Shown piece by piece: positions 1-36,577 of a stretch of DNA of 47,249 nt; position 1 is the stretch's first letter; every line of letters begins with the position of its first letter. The position numbers were made by a program, and so were the translations under genes. The stretch comes from Macrostomum lignano. Lineage: Eukaryota. Location of the stretch: contig NIVC01003760.1 in the NCBI GenBank assembly GCA_002269645.1, positions 1 to 47,249 of the forward strand, given 5' to 3'. A model generated the notes under the pieces. That model was not told where the DNA came from and did not search any database. It saw only the letters and a program-made list of their open reading frames with translations.

Positions 1-322
1 TTGGCACCGTTACAGAGTGGCGCCGTTATAGATCGGCGCCGTATAGATTGGTGCCGTTATAGATCGGTGCCGTTATAGCATCGGTGCCATTATAGATTGG
101 TGCCGTTATAGATCGGCGCCGTTATAGATTGGCGCCGTTATAGATTGCGCCGTTATAGATCGGCGCCGTTATAGATTGGCACCGTTACAGAGTGGCGCCG
201 TTATAGATCGGCGCCGTTATAGATCGGCGCCGTTATAGATCGGCGCCGTTATAGAATAGTACTATTGGCGCCGTTATAGAATAGTACTGTACTATTGGCG
301 CTGTTATAGATTGGCGCCGTTA
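1..322. repeat. ~16-bp minisatellite (TTGGCGCCGTTATAGA / ATCGGCGCCGTTATAG), cut by the window start
   Basis: Repeated units with a GGCGCC core visible from base 1 to ~322. Confidence 0.9.
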
Positions 323-996
323 AGCACAGCTGTGTTGACGCAGTCGTTAATGCTAGCGATATCTAATCCAGTGCAGCAGGAATAAACATTAGCCAGCCCA
401 TGCCAGCTCAGTCTGCCCGCCAGCAATTATTTCGCTTAGCTAATTGAGTCTTAAAAGCTGTCTGCCCACGCACTGCCACCCACGCCATTCGATTCCTCAC
501 TTCGGGCCGCGCCCGCCATAGCGGATTTCGCGTCTTTTTGGAAGACGAATATTTGCAGCTGAGGACTGCAGGGATGAGGATGAAAGTAACGACTCCCTCC
601 CCCCCCAGTCAGCCTCTCTGCTGCATCACCACAGGTCCGAAGCGATTGAGCACTCTCAAATTGTTCTGTCTACGAAGAGCCTCGCTTTCTCTCCTACTCT
701 CCCCCTCTGCTCCTTCACCACTCTTGGCTGAGAGACCGAAGTCGCTTCTTCCTAGCTGCATCATTCTTCCCCCAGAGCTCCGTGTGCGCTCCGCGAATGG
801 CGGACACTCGTGAGACGAACAGGAGAAATATTCGCACACACACACACACACATACACACACATATATGCTCCTCTCCCAGAGGGAGAAGGGATTACAGGG
901 ACAGTGGAATAAAACGCGAATTAGCTTTCAGCTCCCTCAACCGCTGCCTCCTTATCTAGAACCCTCTAATCCCTTCTCTCGACTGAAGTTAAATAG

Positions 997-8511
<7,515 letters not shown>

Positions 8512-8527
8512 CTGGGGATTGGGTAGA

Positions 8528-9160
8528 ACAGGTGTATCATAGGTGTCACAGGTGTATTACAGGTGTAGCACAGGTGTATCACAGGTGTGCCTCAGGTGTA
8601 TCTCAGGTGTATCACTGATGTGTCACAGGTGTAGTCACAGGTGTATCAAAAGTGTATCACAGGTGTTTCACAGGTGTATCACTGGTGTATCACTGGTGTA
8701 TCACAGGTGTAATCTCAGATGTATCACTGGTGTATCACATGTGTATCTCAGGTGTATCACATGTGTATCTCAGGTGTATCACTGTTGTGGCACAGGTGTA
8801 TCACTGGTGTATCTCAGGTGTATCACAGGTGTATCACTGATGTGTCACAGGTGTAGTCACAGGTGTATCACAAGTGTATCACGGGTGTTTCACAGGTGTA
8901 TAACAGGTGTATCACAGGTGTATCTCAGGCGTATCACAGGTGTGTCTCAGGTGTGTCTCAGATCATGACAGGTGAACCACCATGCTGTGAAAGGTGACCT
9001 CCGTGACCCAATATGATACAACGTGATCCACATTTGCATCACAGGTGATCTAAGGTGATAACAGGTGAGCTATTTTTATCTCAATGGGGCGAAAGTTGAT
9101 CCCAGGTGAGTCACAAGTGGTCCCAGCTGGTGATGACTGGGTGATCACAGGTGATCCCAT
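8528..9160. repeat. 11-bp minisatellite CAGGTGTATCA, degenerating after ~8960
   Basis: Direct inspection. Confidence 0.9.
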
Positions 9161-10711
9161 GACTTACTTGACTTAGCTGCAGGGTGGTCCGTAGACACAG
9201 CGGGGAGGCGAGGGTCGCCCATTCCGCTAGCCCCTGAAGGCCCGTAGACAGGCAGAGGCGTGGGGCCGGTCAGGGTGGTCCGTCGGTCCGTCCTGCAGCG
9301 TGATCTTCCGTGGGGAAGAAACTGGCTCGTCTAGTCGCCCGAAGGAACTGGATGAGCCGTGGGATGCTGTCGGGCTGGCAGACCTCGTCAATGGACGGGT
9401 TCGGCCCGAGGTAGCGTAGCCGGTCTCTGGTAAAGAAAGGGCAGTGACAGACAAAGTGCTGAGCATCTTCATTGTCGCACTCGCAAAAAGGGCAAAGTTC
9501 GCTCTCGAGGTCGCCTCGGAGGAAGCAGTGCCTGGCGAGGTAGCCATGGCCGGTGAGAGTCATGACGAGGGCTCGGATATCCTTCCGATTTTGGTTCAGA
9601 AGGACGTTCCTGAGTCTGCGAGACGGGCAAGGAACCGCGGCACGAGATTGCCGGCAGTTTTAGGTGCCCGCCCATCTGTCCCTGTGGAGGGAGTCAGCCC
9701 AGTAATCGATCTGACGATTGATGACTGTCGAAGGTATAGGGACCAGGGGGGCAGGGCAAAGGAAAGAGCCAGAGCCGCCCCTCTTGGCGAGGGTGTCCGC
9801 CAACTCGTTCCCCGGAAACCCTGCGTGCCCTGGGATCCACTTCAGCCTGACAGTATTGCTACTGGCCAGGAGGTTGAGCTGCCGGACGCAGTCGGCGACT
9901 GTCCGGGAGTTCGTTGTGGTGTGACAAAGGGCCTGTAAGGCCGCTTGGCTGTCGGAGTGGATGACAATAGTCTCTCCTCTCGTACCCTTGGCGTCCAGCT
10001 CTGCAGCGCAAGAGCTGATGGCAAGGACTTCGTTCTGGAAGACTGTAGAGAGTCTGCCAGTGTGCTGGGCATGCGTGGCAATGACGCGGCCGTTGATGAT
10101 GATGCAGACCCCAAAGCCGGCGCGACCGTCTTTGATGGATCCATCCGTGTAGCAGTGGACCTCCTGAAAATTCAAGTGGTCATTGGCAGCATCCCTAGAG
10201 GGTTGAGAGTGCGGGGTTCACCCTCAGATAAGACGTGAAGGCCGCCGCCGTCTCTCAAGTCTTTGAGGCAGAGGTAGGCGTGGGGCAGAAGCTTGCGCTT
10301 AGCCATGGCCCTATGGGGCAGGAAACGAATGCCGGCGTCAATCAGACGGCGGGCAGTCTTAGCCGCTTCCCTGCGGACAAATATGTCCTGCGGGGGAACG
10401 TTGAGGAAGGCGTTGAGGTCATCGTAAGGAGCAGACGGGGGGGTGCTCATGATCATGCGACATGCGCGCGCTTGCGCTCTTCTGAGAGCCTCAAGGCAAG
10501 GTCTTCATCTGCAGGGCGCTAGCCCAGATCAGGCCGCCATACGAGATAGCAGGCCTAACCATTGCAGTGTAGATCCACCAGAGGCGCTCGGGGGTGCAGA
10601 GCCCCCAGGTGGTGCCGACAGCCCTGCGCAGTTGCACGAGGACTGCGAGGGCCTTCTTGGCTTTTGCTTGAACGTGGGGTGACCAGTTCAGCCTGTGGTC
10701 CAGATGATCCC
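9161..10711 (-). mobile_element. 5'-truncated, disrupted non-LTR retrotransposon (R1/LOA-type): RT C-terminus + RNase H + C-terminal CCHC-like motif
   Basis: Minus-strand ORF pieces: LDHRLNWSPHV...WGLCTPERLWWIYTAMVRPAISYG (RT thumb); YTDGS...FQNEV...SDSQAAL...WIPGHAGFPGNELAD (RNase H with all four acidic residues); LTGHG...CPFCECDNEDAQHFVCHCP. Disrupted by a +1 near 10495, a -1 near 10175 and an in-frame TAA at 9660-9662. 3' end finishes in TAAGTCAAGTAAGTC. Confidence 0.9.
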
Positions 10712-11699
10712 GTATGTCGTTTCCAATGTTTCCAATTTCTAACAATTATCGCACCTTACAGTATAAACTCACTCGCTAAGCTTAAATAAAGTGCATGTTG
10801 TGCTGTGAATTGTGAATTGTGAATAAGGTTTTTTACACTGTCAAGATATTTTCGTGGTCTTGTAATTATTATTTATCAATATTACATATTAGCTATCTGG
10901 AATCAGTGGCTGAATTGTGTTTTTACAGCTTTTTAGATTAGCTTTTTGTTACACTTTGAGAGTAAAACAATATGTTCTTTTGTCTGAGACACTGCCCTAC
11001 TTCAAGATTGGAGCTGTTTTTTATAATCTTCATATACTTGTTGCCAATCATACAACTATAGCAGAGTAATATAATATAATATAATATAATATAATCCCTA
11101 CATTATCAATAATGTTATTTATTATTAATAACACTTTAATTAATATACACATAAAATAAATTACTGTATGAATTCATTCCCACTGGTTATTGGTTTCCCT
11201 ATATTGCTGCGTAATAGTACACGGCGACCTCTGATTTTCCCATTAACACCCTTAAAGCATGGGTATTACTATTATTGTGCCATAGACATTTGTGTCCTTG
11301 ACAAAGTGGGACAAAATTAGCGAGCAGTTAAATTTGATTTATTAAATACGAAAAATACCTTCTACTAAACTTTTCACCCTTCTGATACTACTACTGCTGT
11401 AAAACAGTAGCATAATGCGTAATATATACGGACGACACGACCTAAGTTAGAATTTTAATTGAAAAAGAGATTTCAAAAAGTTTTGCGTTCGTTTTAACAA
11501 CCCTATCGGCACTTTGATCTCATCTAGCTATAGGGTTACGAGTTTTTTTAGCAAAGAAGTCAAATCTTGGTTAGTAAAACCAAGATGGTTAAATCTAGAT
11601 TGAGTGCATCTGCCCTCTAATAGTGCATTTCTTTGACGATATTAGCAGCACAATAATGTAGCTTTTCGAATGTACCAACAAGGAAGACGCCAGTGCTCT

Positions 11700-11935
11700 C
11701 TATATACTCACTTGGTTGCGATTCCTGGGCTTGTTTGCGAATAAAATTGGACGGTCACTCTGTCATGCAATTCACACCCCATGAAGGCCAGCCTCCGATG
11801 AGGCTCAGACAGTGTACATGCCTGATGATTAGACAGTCAGGGCCACTGTGCACCCTGTGGATGTGCTCACGAGTGGGCGAAATGAGCAGCACACTGCCTT
11901 TCAACAGGTGCCACCATGGTGACTATACGGACACC
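11700..11935 (+). mobile_element. Old copy of the SINE family seen at 42950-43283
   Basis: Shares AGTGTACATGCCT (11811-11823 vs revcomp of 43107-43119) and collinear blocks AGGGCC-CTGT, GGCG-AATG-GCAG, TGCCT-TC, CAATGG/CCATGG; degenerate B-box-like GGTTGCGATTCC upstream. Confidence 0.55.
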
Positions 11936-12310
11936 CTGTTGATAAGTTAGAGGAAATATCTACAGCCTCGAATCCTCACGATTTCAAACAGTTTCACTTC
12001 ATCAACTGCATCTAAAAGCGTATAAGCAATAAAAGTAAATCCCCCCGTGAAAGCCGTTCTCTGTCTTAACTAGTTCAGCTAGGCTAGTTCCTGTAAATCC
12101 AGCCAATTGGGCCACTTGTGAGGATTGGCAAGCGGGAAGCAAACTAGTTGCAGGGAAGCGAATAGGGGAGACGCTCCCGCCCCCATGCAGATCCCTGCAG
12201 TTCGGTATAAATGCTCGCACGGACTCCCTGCCCCCACCTCTGTTAGTGCAGGATCGCTGTCTTCTTTAGAATTAGCTAGAACAGCAATACGCCGCAGAAA
12301 AAACTTGACA

Positions 12311-28418
<16,108 letters not shown>

Positions 28419-28609
28419 AATTTATTAATCTATATATTCGAGCAGCTATGCTTCATTAGTATATGTTTCCGTAAACTTAACAAATTTAAGTCTTGCTTCA
28501 GTCCTTATAAAGATTAATATAAACGTGCTTTGGCCGCACCTGCATGCCTGCAATCCTGCATCGAGGACAAACATGTCAGTACATGCATATCAGGAGGCTA
28601 AACTGAATC

Positions 28610-28875
28610 GTGTAATTTTTGGAGGCCAATTTCCTAGAAAAAACACACTGTGGAGATAGGAAAACTTTTTTTCATCACAAAAAGTAACATGTTGTGCATA
28701 TATGCTAAATTGCATGAAACATGACAATCTTCGCTGCCCAAAATCAAATGCAATCATTGATTGTGTGATGAAAATATAGGATTTTTTGTGTCCTCGAAGC
28801 AAATATTTTTCAAAGTAAATGGGCCTGGCCTTCAAAATTACAAAAATCTTTTGAAAGTAGCGTCGCTTGAAAATA
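28610..28875. mobile_element. Diverged relic related to the 17329 foldback family
   Basis: GAAAAAACACACTGTGGAGATAGGAAA resembles GAAAAAATACACTGCGGAGATAGGAAA in the foldback arm; inverted pair TAATTTTTGGAGGCC / GGCCTTCAAAATTA. Confidence 0.55.
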
Positions 28876-30141
28876 CTGCTGGTGGTCAATGTTCTTCAAG
28901 CACATACATGTATATGCAACAATGTAATGCCTATGATGACGCTGTACATGCATCTACACGAACATGCATGTAAGCAATTCTCCATCAGTAATAAATAAGC
29001 ATATAGTGTAGAAGTCAGGATTACATATTTGTATGCGTAATTTAACTGTTACCGTTAGCTTACAATTTACTTTAACCAACATGCTATTAGCTTATGCTTA
29101 TTTAATTTAATCACATTGTATTTCGCCCTAATACGTCAGTATACGTTTTAATTATATATTGCTTTCTCTTCCCCAGTATATGTAGCAAACTGCGACCTGC
29201 AATATCACACTCTGCCGAGTCAGATTTCGACTATTTTTTACACGCCTCCATGTATACAATGTATGTACGTGTACAATAGCTATAAGCTATATGCGTAGCT
29301 ATACTGCACCGTTGAATACAACATCCAAAAAAGCAAAAATTAAAACGCAAAGTTTGAGTAACGGTGGATGCGCTTGCGATCGATAATTGACGCGTTAACA
29401 TACGAGTACTTGAATTATCTCGATCGTTTATAGCAGCAATTATTATACTTAATCCGTTAATCGTTTTTTAAACGACGGATTCATGGATATGACAAAATCA
29501 AATTCTAAAATTACAAATTTCCAGTTTTCTGTGGCATTGCATGGACTTCGCACTTTTTATCGCCCATATTCTCGAGCATGCTGAGAACACTGCGTACTGT
29601 ATGAGTAGCCGCACCGGTTACATGCGTGCATTTGCACTACCAAAACAGCTACTACGTATGGCCATTTTAGTACAAATTTACATGCGCATGTAATATATTA
29701 GTACATACATGTAAAACACTGTGCATATACAAGTAAATGTACATACGTAGACCCTAATTGACTACTACTAGTGATGCATATAGGTGATATAGCGTTTGAA
29801 CAGTGTGAGAAATTCGTTAACGCATATACAGAGTACATGTACATTATGCAAAGCGTATAGATGTGCATCTTGTTCGAGGGCAGTCTGAATCAAGGACGAC
29901 TTAAGTTTGCATGTTAAACATAGCCCTAACAACTTAGGGACAACTTAAACAATTTAGTTTTAGTTGTCACTAATCTAAATACTCAAGTTGATCGACTAAA
30001 ATCGTCATTTATTGGAATCAATATTATAAACTATACAATATAATTGGCAATAATGCAACGGCCTGGCGTTTAAAATCTTTTAATTCACATACATGGCAAA
30101 AATTGAGCCAGGTACCGAATGAATAGCTACAGTGCCTGTAC

Positions 30142-31863
30142 CAGGGACTACTCAAACATCGGGACGGGAAACTAGGCAAATCATGGCGAAGTTTTTTGCG
30201 AGGCTGGTTTGTTAGCAGCTGACGAGGCTGGCTGGCTTATTTGTATAGAGCGATACTTTTGTTGTCTATGGTTATTTTCTATTATTTGAAGCTTGTGATA
30301 CCGTTATTTCCACTGCAGTCTAGCCGGGATGCTTGCATTATATTATAGCAGCTAAGTTTCTGGCAGACGCGTAGGACAGGCTCGATTTTTCTGCTTGTGT
30401 TGTTGGCATCAATGCCAAGAAAGTGCAGCGTTGTTGGCTGCAAGTCAAATTACGAGTCCGAACGATTAGCTACGAAAGCGTCCATCTGTTTCCGAAGGAC
30501 TCGGTTGAGCGAGAGCGATGGAAAAAGGCCCTGCCGAACATCCTAGAGGTAGGCGCTATTTACTATAAGGTAAATTGTGCTAAAATATTATATATATGCA
30601 AATTTTTCCTTTATTCGCAAGTGTTTTTTCCTTTATTCCGCCTTTCAGTCCGTAACAGATCACATGGGAATCTGCGCCAAACACTGGCCACCGGACACAA
30701 CAATGGTGAAAAAGCGACGATTTGAGGCACCAAAGGATCCGCCTTCTATTTTCAATGGTGTTCCTCTGTCTTGCCTGGTCCAGAACCAAGGTATGACTAT
30801 ATACTTTGAATACGTATTTGTACTTTAGACTTTAGCATTTGGTTCATATAATCTAAACTTCCTCAAAGTTCCCACCATAAATCTTTTTACATTTTAGATC
30901 GCAATAGGGATGTGAAGACGAGAGGTGTTCTCTCTGACGCACGAGGTGGCTTAGCGGATGAATTAGAGGAGTTTCAGCTGAGCGACACCTCAGCGAAATT
31001 GCGTTCTGATGTTCGATGAAATGTACGTACAACCTTCCATTCGATACCGGTGCAAACATCTGATGGGACGTGATATAGCGACGATCACAGTCAGGCTGCA
31101 CGAACAGTTCTAGCCATCATGATAAAGCCTCTTTTAGATGGAAAGCCGTTTGTCATGTGATTAGTGCCCATTTTTCTTCTGGCTGCAGACTTTCTTCGAC
31201 ATCAGCTCACTCACCCGTTTGTGCAACGAGAGTGCAGACACACAACTATAGCTGAAAATTTCTTCCATTACATTGACTTCAACGTCCAAGGTGTGGCACG
31301 AAGAGCAACAAACACATTCTTTAAGGGACTTGTCCGGAGATCATCGAAGGTGGCTCCATCATCCGTCACCGTTCAAGAGAGAAAGACAAAAAACTTAGAA
31401 GCGCTTGATATTGCGGAACAGACAAGTTCACATCTACTGAGTATTCCCGACTATTTAATGCTTAAATCTGTTAAATATTTTTTTCGCATCTGTTCATTTT
31501 CCCGTCTGTGTATATATATGTTCAAACTTCACATATTTTAATGCTCACATCCACTGTGTGAGTTAACTTTTTATTGTTCGTCTGTTCCATGTTCACTATT
31601 CACCCCTTACAAATAGCCCTCAATGTTACCTTATATGTTTTATGAATTATATTTCCAATGAACTTTCAAGTAAATATACACAGTTCATAAATGCACATGA
31701 ATATTAAAATTCACAGATATAATAAAATATAAAATTTATTGAAGATTTATTGAAATATTGAAATAGCTACTGCTGCATTGGCGCGGCCAGAGATTTAAGC
31801 AGCCTCGTAAAAACTTCGCCATGATTTGCCTAGTTTCCCGTCCCGATGTTTGAGTAGTCCCTG
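30142..31863 (+). mobile_element. Internally deleted P-superfamily DNA transposon with a THAP domain, ~65-bp TIRs, 8-bp TSD
   Basis: TIRs 30142-30206 and 31800-31863 (first 55 nt identical); TSD GCCTGTAC at 30134-30141 and 31864-31871. Spliced THAP: MPRKCSVVGCKSNY.../HLFPKD..ER.RWKKALP|...ICAKHWP...DPPSIF (exons 30412-30548, 30649-30790, 30898-; one base missing in exon 1). Transposase remnants VLAIMIKPLLDGKPFVM*LVPI and RRATNTFFKG...RKTKNL. Confidence 0.88.
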
Positions 31864-32958
31864 GCCTGTACATGCGAAACATGATTTAAAGCATGATTTG
31901 ATGAATGCACGTATAAATGCTAACGTAAGCACCTTTGACATTCTAATGATATCATTATTAGTTCTTGTAAAATGGTTTTAGAAGATTTCAAGAGGATATT
32001 TTTGTTCACAGAATCATATTATTTTTAATTACTGAATTAGTTTTGTTAATAATAAAAAATTTTTCTACCAGGAAACTTCTAACAATAGAAACTGTAGAAT
32101 CTAGCGGAATTTTGTTAACATTAACGATTAAAACAAAAAATAAAATAATAATATAATAATGTATAATGTAATAATAATAATGCGTGAGTAAATATATTGT
32201 ATAAACGTTATTCTATGATACTAATTAAAAAGCAAGTTTTTTGAATTTTTAATGTGTCAAAATTAAAAACGACTTAACATTTTTTGTGCTGACTCAGTTT
32301 CCTGTAAACGCTATCTTAGAAACCATTTTCGCATTCGCAGTGTGTCAGTAATTCAGTAGTACTTAATGTACTTTGATCGTATGATTTATTAGCCTGGGCT
32401 AATCGTGTTTTTATGCATACCTATTTATGCTTAGAATGTTATGTTTAGAGCCAAACTAAACTTACTGTTATTTTATGCCTCAGTGTCTATTTATTTTCTG
32501 CCTAAATTTAACCCATACTACCCCCATAGTTTGGTGTTTTGTTTGGCTATATACAGTTAGTGACTTGGGATCTAACACATCTTTGTCATGTTATTCTTAT
32601 TCCAATCATGTCATTAGCTTGCTGCCTTAGTGGCAACAAATGTTTATAAAGTTGCAAAAATGCTGACCCAAAAATACAAATGTAGTACTAATTAGACAAT
32701 AAGGCATTTTGCCTTGATAGAGAATGATAGTACACTAGTACAGTCACAGTTACTTCTGCCCTGACGTCCTGACGTTTACCTAAAATTGTGTTAATTTTGC
32801 TTTAGGGTTTCTTTTATATGTAAGTCACATATTTGGTCAAAAATTAAGTTACATAGCCAGTTAAAATTAGATAGATGGCTGCATTGCATAGGCCTATGTA
32901 TATATATGTAATAGATAAATAACATCTAATTAAAGAAACACAGTCATCCATTAAACAG

Positions 32959-33971
32959 GAATTCTGGTTGTTTCGCCCCCAAACCATTTCGGCCATGGAC
33001 ATTTCACCCCTACCCTAGACCATTTCACCCATAGTCCGTTTCACCCATAAACCAGTTCGGCCATGGACCATTTCACCTCTAATTTGGGCATGGGTATTAA
33101 TATACTATTATGTATTAACTAGAGATACAGCTGTACATGTTTTTTTTCAATGCTAATTTTTAGTTTTAATGTGTAATAAAATATGATCTGAATTGTTGCC
33201 ACAAAATTGTGCTATTGTGTTATTGCAATTTTGTTTATTACAATTGTGAATTATTACAAGTTTTTTAAAGTCATTCCTTTCAAAGGTACAAGGCAAGGTA
33301 ATTAGGCCAGAAATATTTGGACTAGAGCGTTATGGACATACAAACCTTAGAGATTTAGTATATTTGGATTGGATTGTTGGTGCTTTAGCCCCTGGAATGG
33401 GGGTGGCTACTAAAGGTCAGACAGGATCCTGATCCCAATCCCGAAATCTCGGGATCCCGAGGAAAATTGAATTCCCGCGGGACCAGAATCCCAACCCTAA
33501 AAAACTCGAGATTCGGGAACAGGTCTTTCGATTAATAATTTATAGAATTAGTGATTACTTGAAGGTATTTTGCTTTAACTTGTACTCGTTACATTATTTA
33601 CTTTGTTGGTTACAAAACTTCACATCAATTTCGTTGTGTTTTACTTCTTGATCTTAACAATCTTTTCTCAATTTTGTTTAACTTTACATGGACAATACAT
33701 TAAAAGACCTGATCCCAATCCCGAAATCCCAAGGTTCAATAGTAGCCGACCTCTAGTGGCTACTATTGAACCTTGCTTTTAATAAATCTTATCGTTGGTT
33801 GTTAGTGCTCTTGGCACTTTTGCCTCATCTTGCATACTCTCAGCTCACGACTTTGTTCTTGGAGGCAAATTGGAGGCAAAACGTTCCATGGCCGAAATGG
33901 TTTGTGGCAAAATAGTCTGGGGGCAAAATATCCATGGCCGAAACAGTTTATGGGCAAAACGACCAGTTACC
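32959..33971. mobile_element. ~1-kb non-autonomous element with G..C termini, subterminal tandem repeats and 8-bp TSD (MULE/Merlin-like)
   Basis: TSD TTAAACAG at 32951-32958 and 33972-33979; imperfect TIR GAATTCTGGTTGTTTCGCCC vs GGTAACTGGTCGTTTTGCCC (14/20); TTTCGGCCATGGA repeats on the left mirrored by TCCATGGCCGAAA on the right. Confidence 0.65.
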
Positions 33972-36577
33972 TTAAACAGTAGTGTACCTAAGGATGGGAT
34001 ATATCCCCATATCCCCATATTTTTTATTTATAGGAAACAAAAAAAAGTAAAAAAAATGCAAAATGAAGCAGCTTAGATATAAGAAAATTGCCAAAAATTG
34101 GCCTATTTCACTTGTAGATTACTATTAAATTGTTTGAAACAATATTTCCACAAATTTCTAATTCTTAAAATGCCTTAGACAGGACAGACGTTTGCTGGCT
34201 TTATTCTAAATTTAACAAAGTAAAGTTTTTTTAGCCTAATAAGCATGGTTTTTTTATACTTTTTAGATGCATCTTTTGAGCAATAATTGCAAAAAACTAT
34301 TTTATTAGTCTACAATTTTATCCCTAAAATTTATCCCCCCTTTTTTCAAAATCCTAGGTATGTCCCACACTCTAGATCATGTAATATATGCGTGAAAATT
34401 TGGGCGTGCATTGGCCTTGCACGCCAAAACTCCTGAGAAAATAGTATGCGTGCATACTTGGCGTGCACTTTATAGAATCACGCTCAAGAGTTATTGTGAA
34501 GTAGAAAAAGATGAAAAAACTCATTTTTAAGTGCAAATTTCAAGCTTTCCGGTTTTTCAAGCTCGTAAAAGAGCAATTAAACAAATCTTTTTGTGTATAA
34601 ATTTTCTGCTGTAAATAGTATTGCCGAAAAAGCATAAAAAGCAACCAAATTATCTGGTAATAAGGGTCTATTATGCAATTTTAAAAAGGTATTTTATTGT
34701 CACAACGTAAAAAAAGGTCATTTATTGTTGCAACACTGGCATATTTTTGAAAATGGGCATGCACTGTATTTTTTGGCGTGCTTTTGTAATTATTCAATTT
34801 TTGTTCGGGCATGCACCCAGCATGATCTAGACTATGGGTTACGCCACTGCGAGTGCCATTAAATCATAATCCTGATCATGCCTACACAAAAATTGAACAA
34901 AAACAAATGCATAACTCATGTATTCCAAAAATTTTTGAGTGCATACTAGGACTTTACATTTAAAATAAACAATAAAAACTAAAAAGCATTTTAATTATTT
35001 TAATTAAAACAAATCTAAAGATTATAAATTTTATTATTTAAAATATAAATTTTATAATTTATAATTTTTTGGCTATAACATTTGATTTATGGCAAAAAAC
35101 CAATAAGCTTAAAAATTGTTAAAATACACTATTACAAGTTTAAAAAACCAAAAGCTTGAATTTATGCTTAAAAATAAATTTATTTAATATTTTTTTCCAC
35201 TTTATACAAACTTTTCCGTATATATCTAAAGATGTAGGCCTAGTATATACCAGAATTTTTTATGTGCACTTAAAATGTTAGCATATATGGCATGCATTTT
35301 ATAATATTATGATGCAACTAAAAGAAAGTATGTTGTCAATGTGCATAGTTGCCATATAATATATACAGTGTGCCAATATAGGGAATATAATGGATAGACT
35401 TTAAGTTATTTGCAGCAATATATTTTTACAATTTGAGGATAAATAAGAGACATGATTTTTCTAGAGGTATAGAGTAGGAAAAAAGTCTTTAATTGAAAGT
35501 ATATTATCAGTTTATTAGTAGATACATGTATATATAGGTTTTAATAATTGTTTAGTTTAAATAAAAGCTTATATCATAAAAATTAAAGCTATAAAAGGTC
35601 TTTTATTGTTGCACTTGCAAAAAGGTACTTATTGTTGCACCTATAAAAAAGGTCTTTTATTGTTGCAACTGTGATTGGTACAAGCTATCAGTGTGCATTG
35701 GTTTGAAGTATTCTAGTATACACTCAGCATGATTTGGACTATAGCTTTTTGGCAGCTATAGCTTTTATATAAAGTTCACACCAGGTATTATATATACCAA
35801 ACTTTTGCCAATGCATGCCCAAATGTTTGGGCTTAAATTATTATTAAGGCTTAATATAGGCTTAATATATTTGGGCTTAATATGATCTAGAATATATCCA
35901 TTAAAATATACTATTTGGAAGATTAACATTTTCTTTTCTTTTCTCTTATCCAATGTTTAAACAATAGGTTATCATATTTTTGGAAATATTATGATAAAAA
36001 ATTAGAAAATGACATCCTATTATAAATATTTGTCTTGTTGTATCTAAGTTGTATAAAAGGAATAAGCTATCACTTTTATAATAGCTATAACTTTTCTTTA
36101 TTTCTTACTTTTAAAAATTCATTTCCTTTTTCAATCAACAAAAAGGTAGTGGATGACAAAATAATTATACTTTAATATATATTTTATTATATCATTAAAT
36201 TGTATTATATTGTATTCATGTTGTATTTAAAAAAATATATTTTTTATACATTCTAAGGTAAAAAGTAAAAGTCAAATAAGATTGAAGTCATTGAATAAAA
36301 CATATTCAAGTAATCTTTGCTAATTCTATAAATTTAAATCAAAAGACCTGCATCCAATTCCAATTTTTTGGGTTGAGATCCCAATCCTATGGGAATCTAC
36401 TTTTTCTTGAGATCCAAAGATTTCAAGATTAGGATCCTGTCCAACTTCTAATAAAAAGCAGCTATGAATAAAAATATTTAAGAACTTTATACAAAAGCAA
36501 AAATAGCAATAAAACAATTCATTTGCCAATGCACTTATCAATGTATTAAACAAAGAGGGAATGTCATTAAGGCATTT

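Noticed and set aside
9444-10682. Plus-strand ORFs over the LINE
   Set aside because: Antisense shadows of GC-rich retroelement coding sequence with no motifs.
9152-10711. TGATCCC as a TSD of the LINE (9152-9158 and 10705-10711)
   Set aside because: The right copy coincides with expected element sequence (GII codons) and the left lies in a GATC-rich array, so chance or microhomology cannot be excluded.
34371-34831. 11-bp inverted repeat TCTAGATCATG / CATGATCTAGA as a MITE
   Set aside because: No convincing TSD; could be an old element but not supportable.
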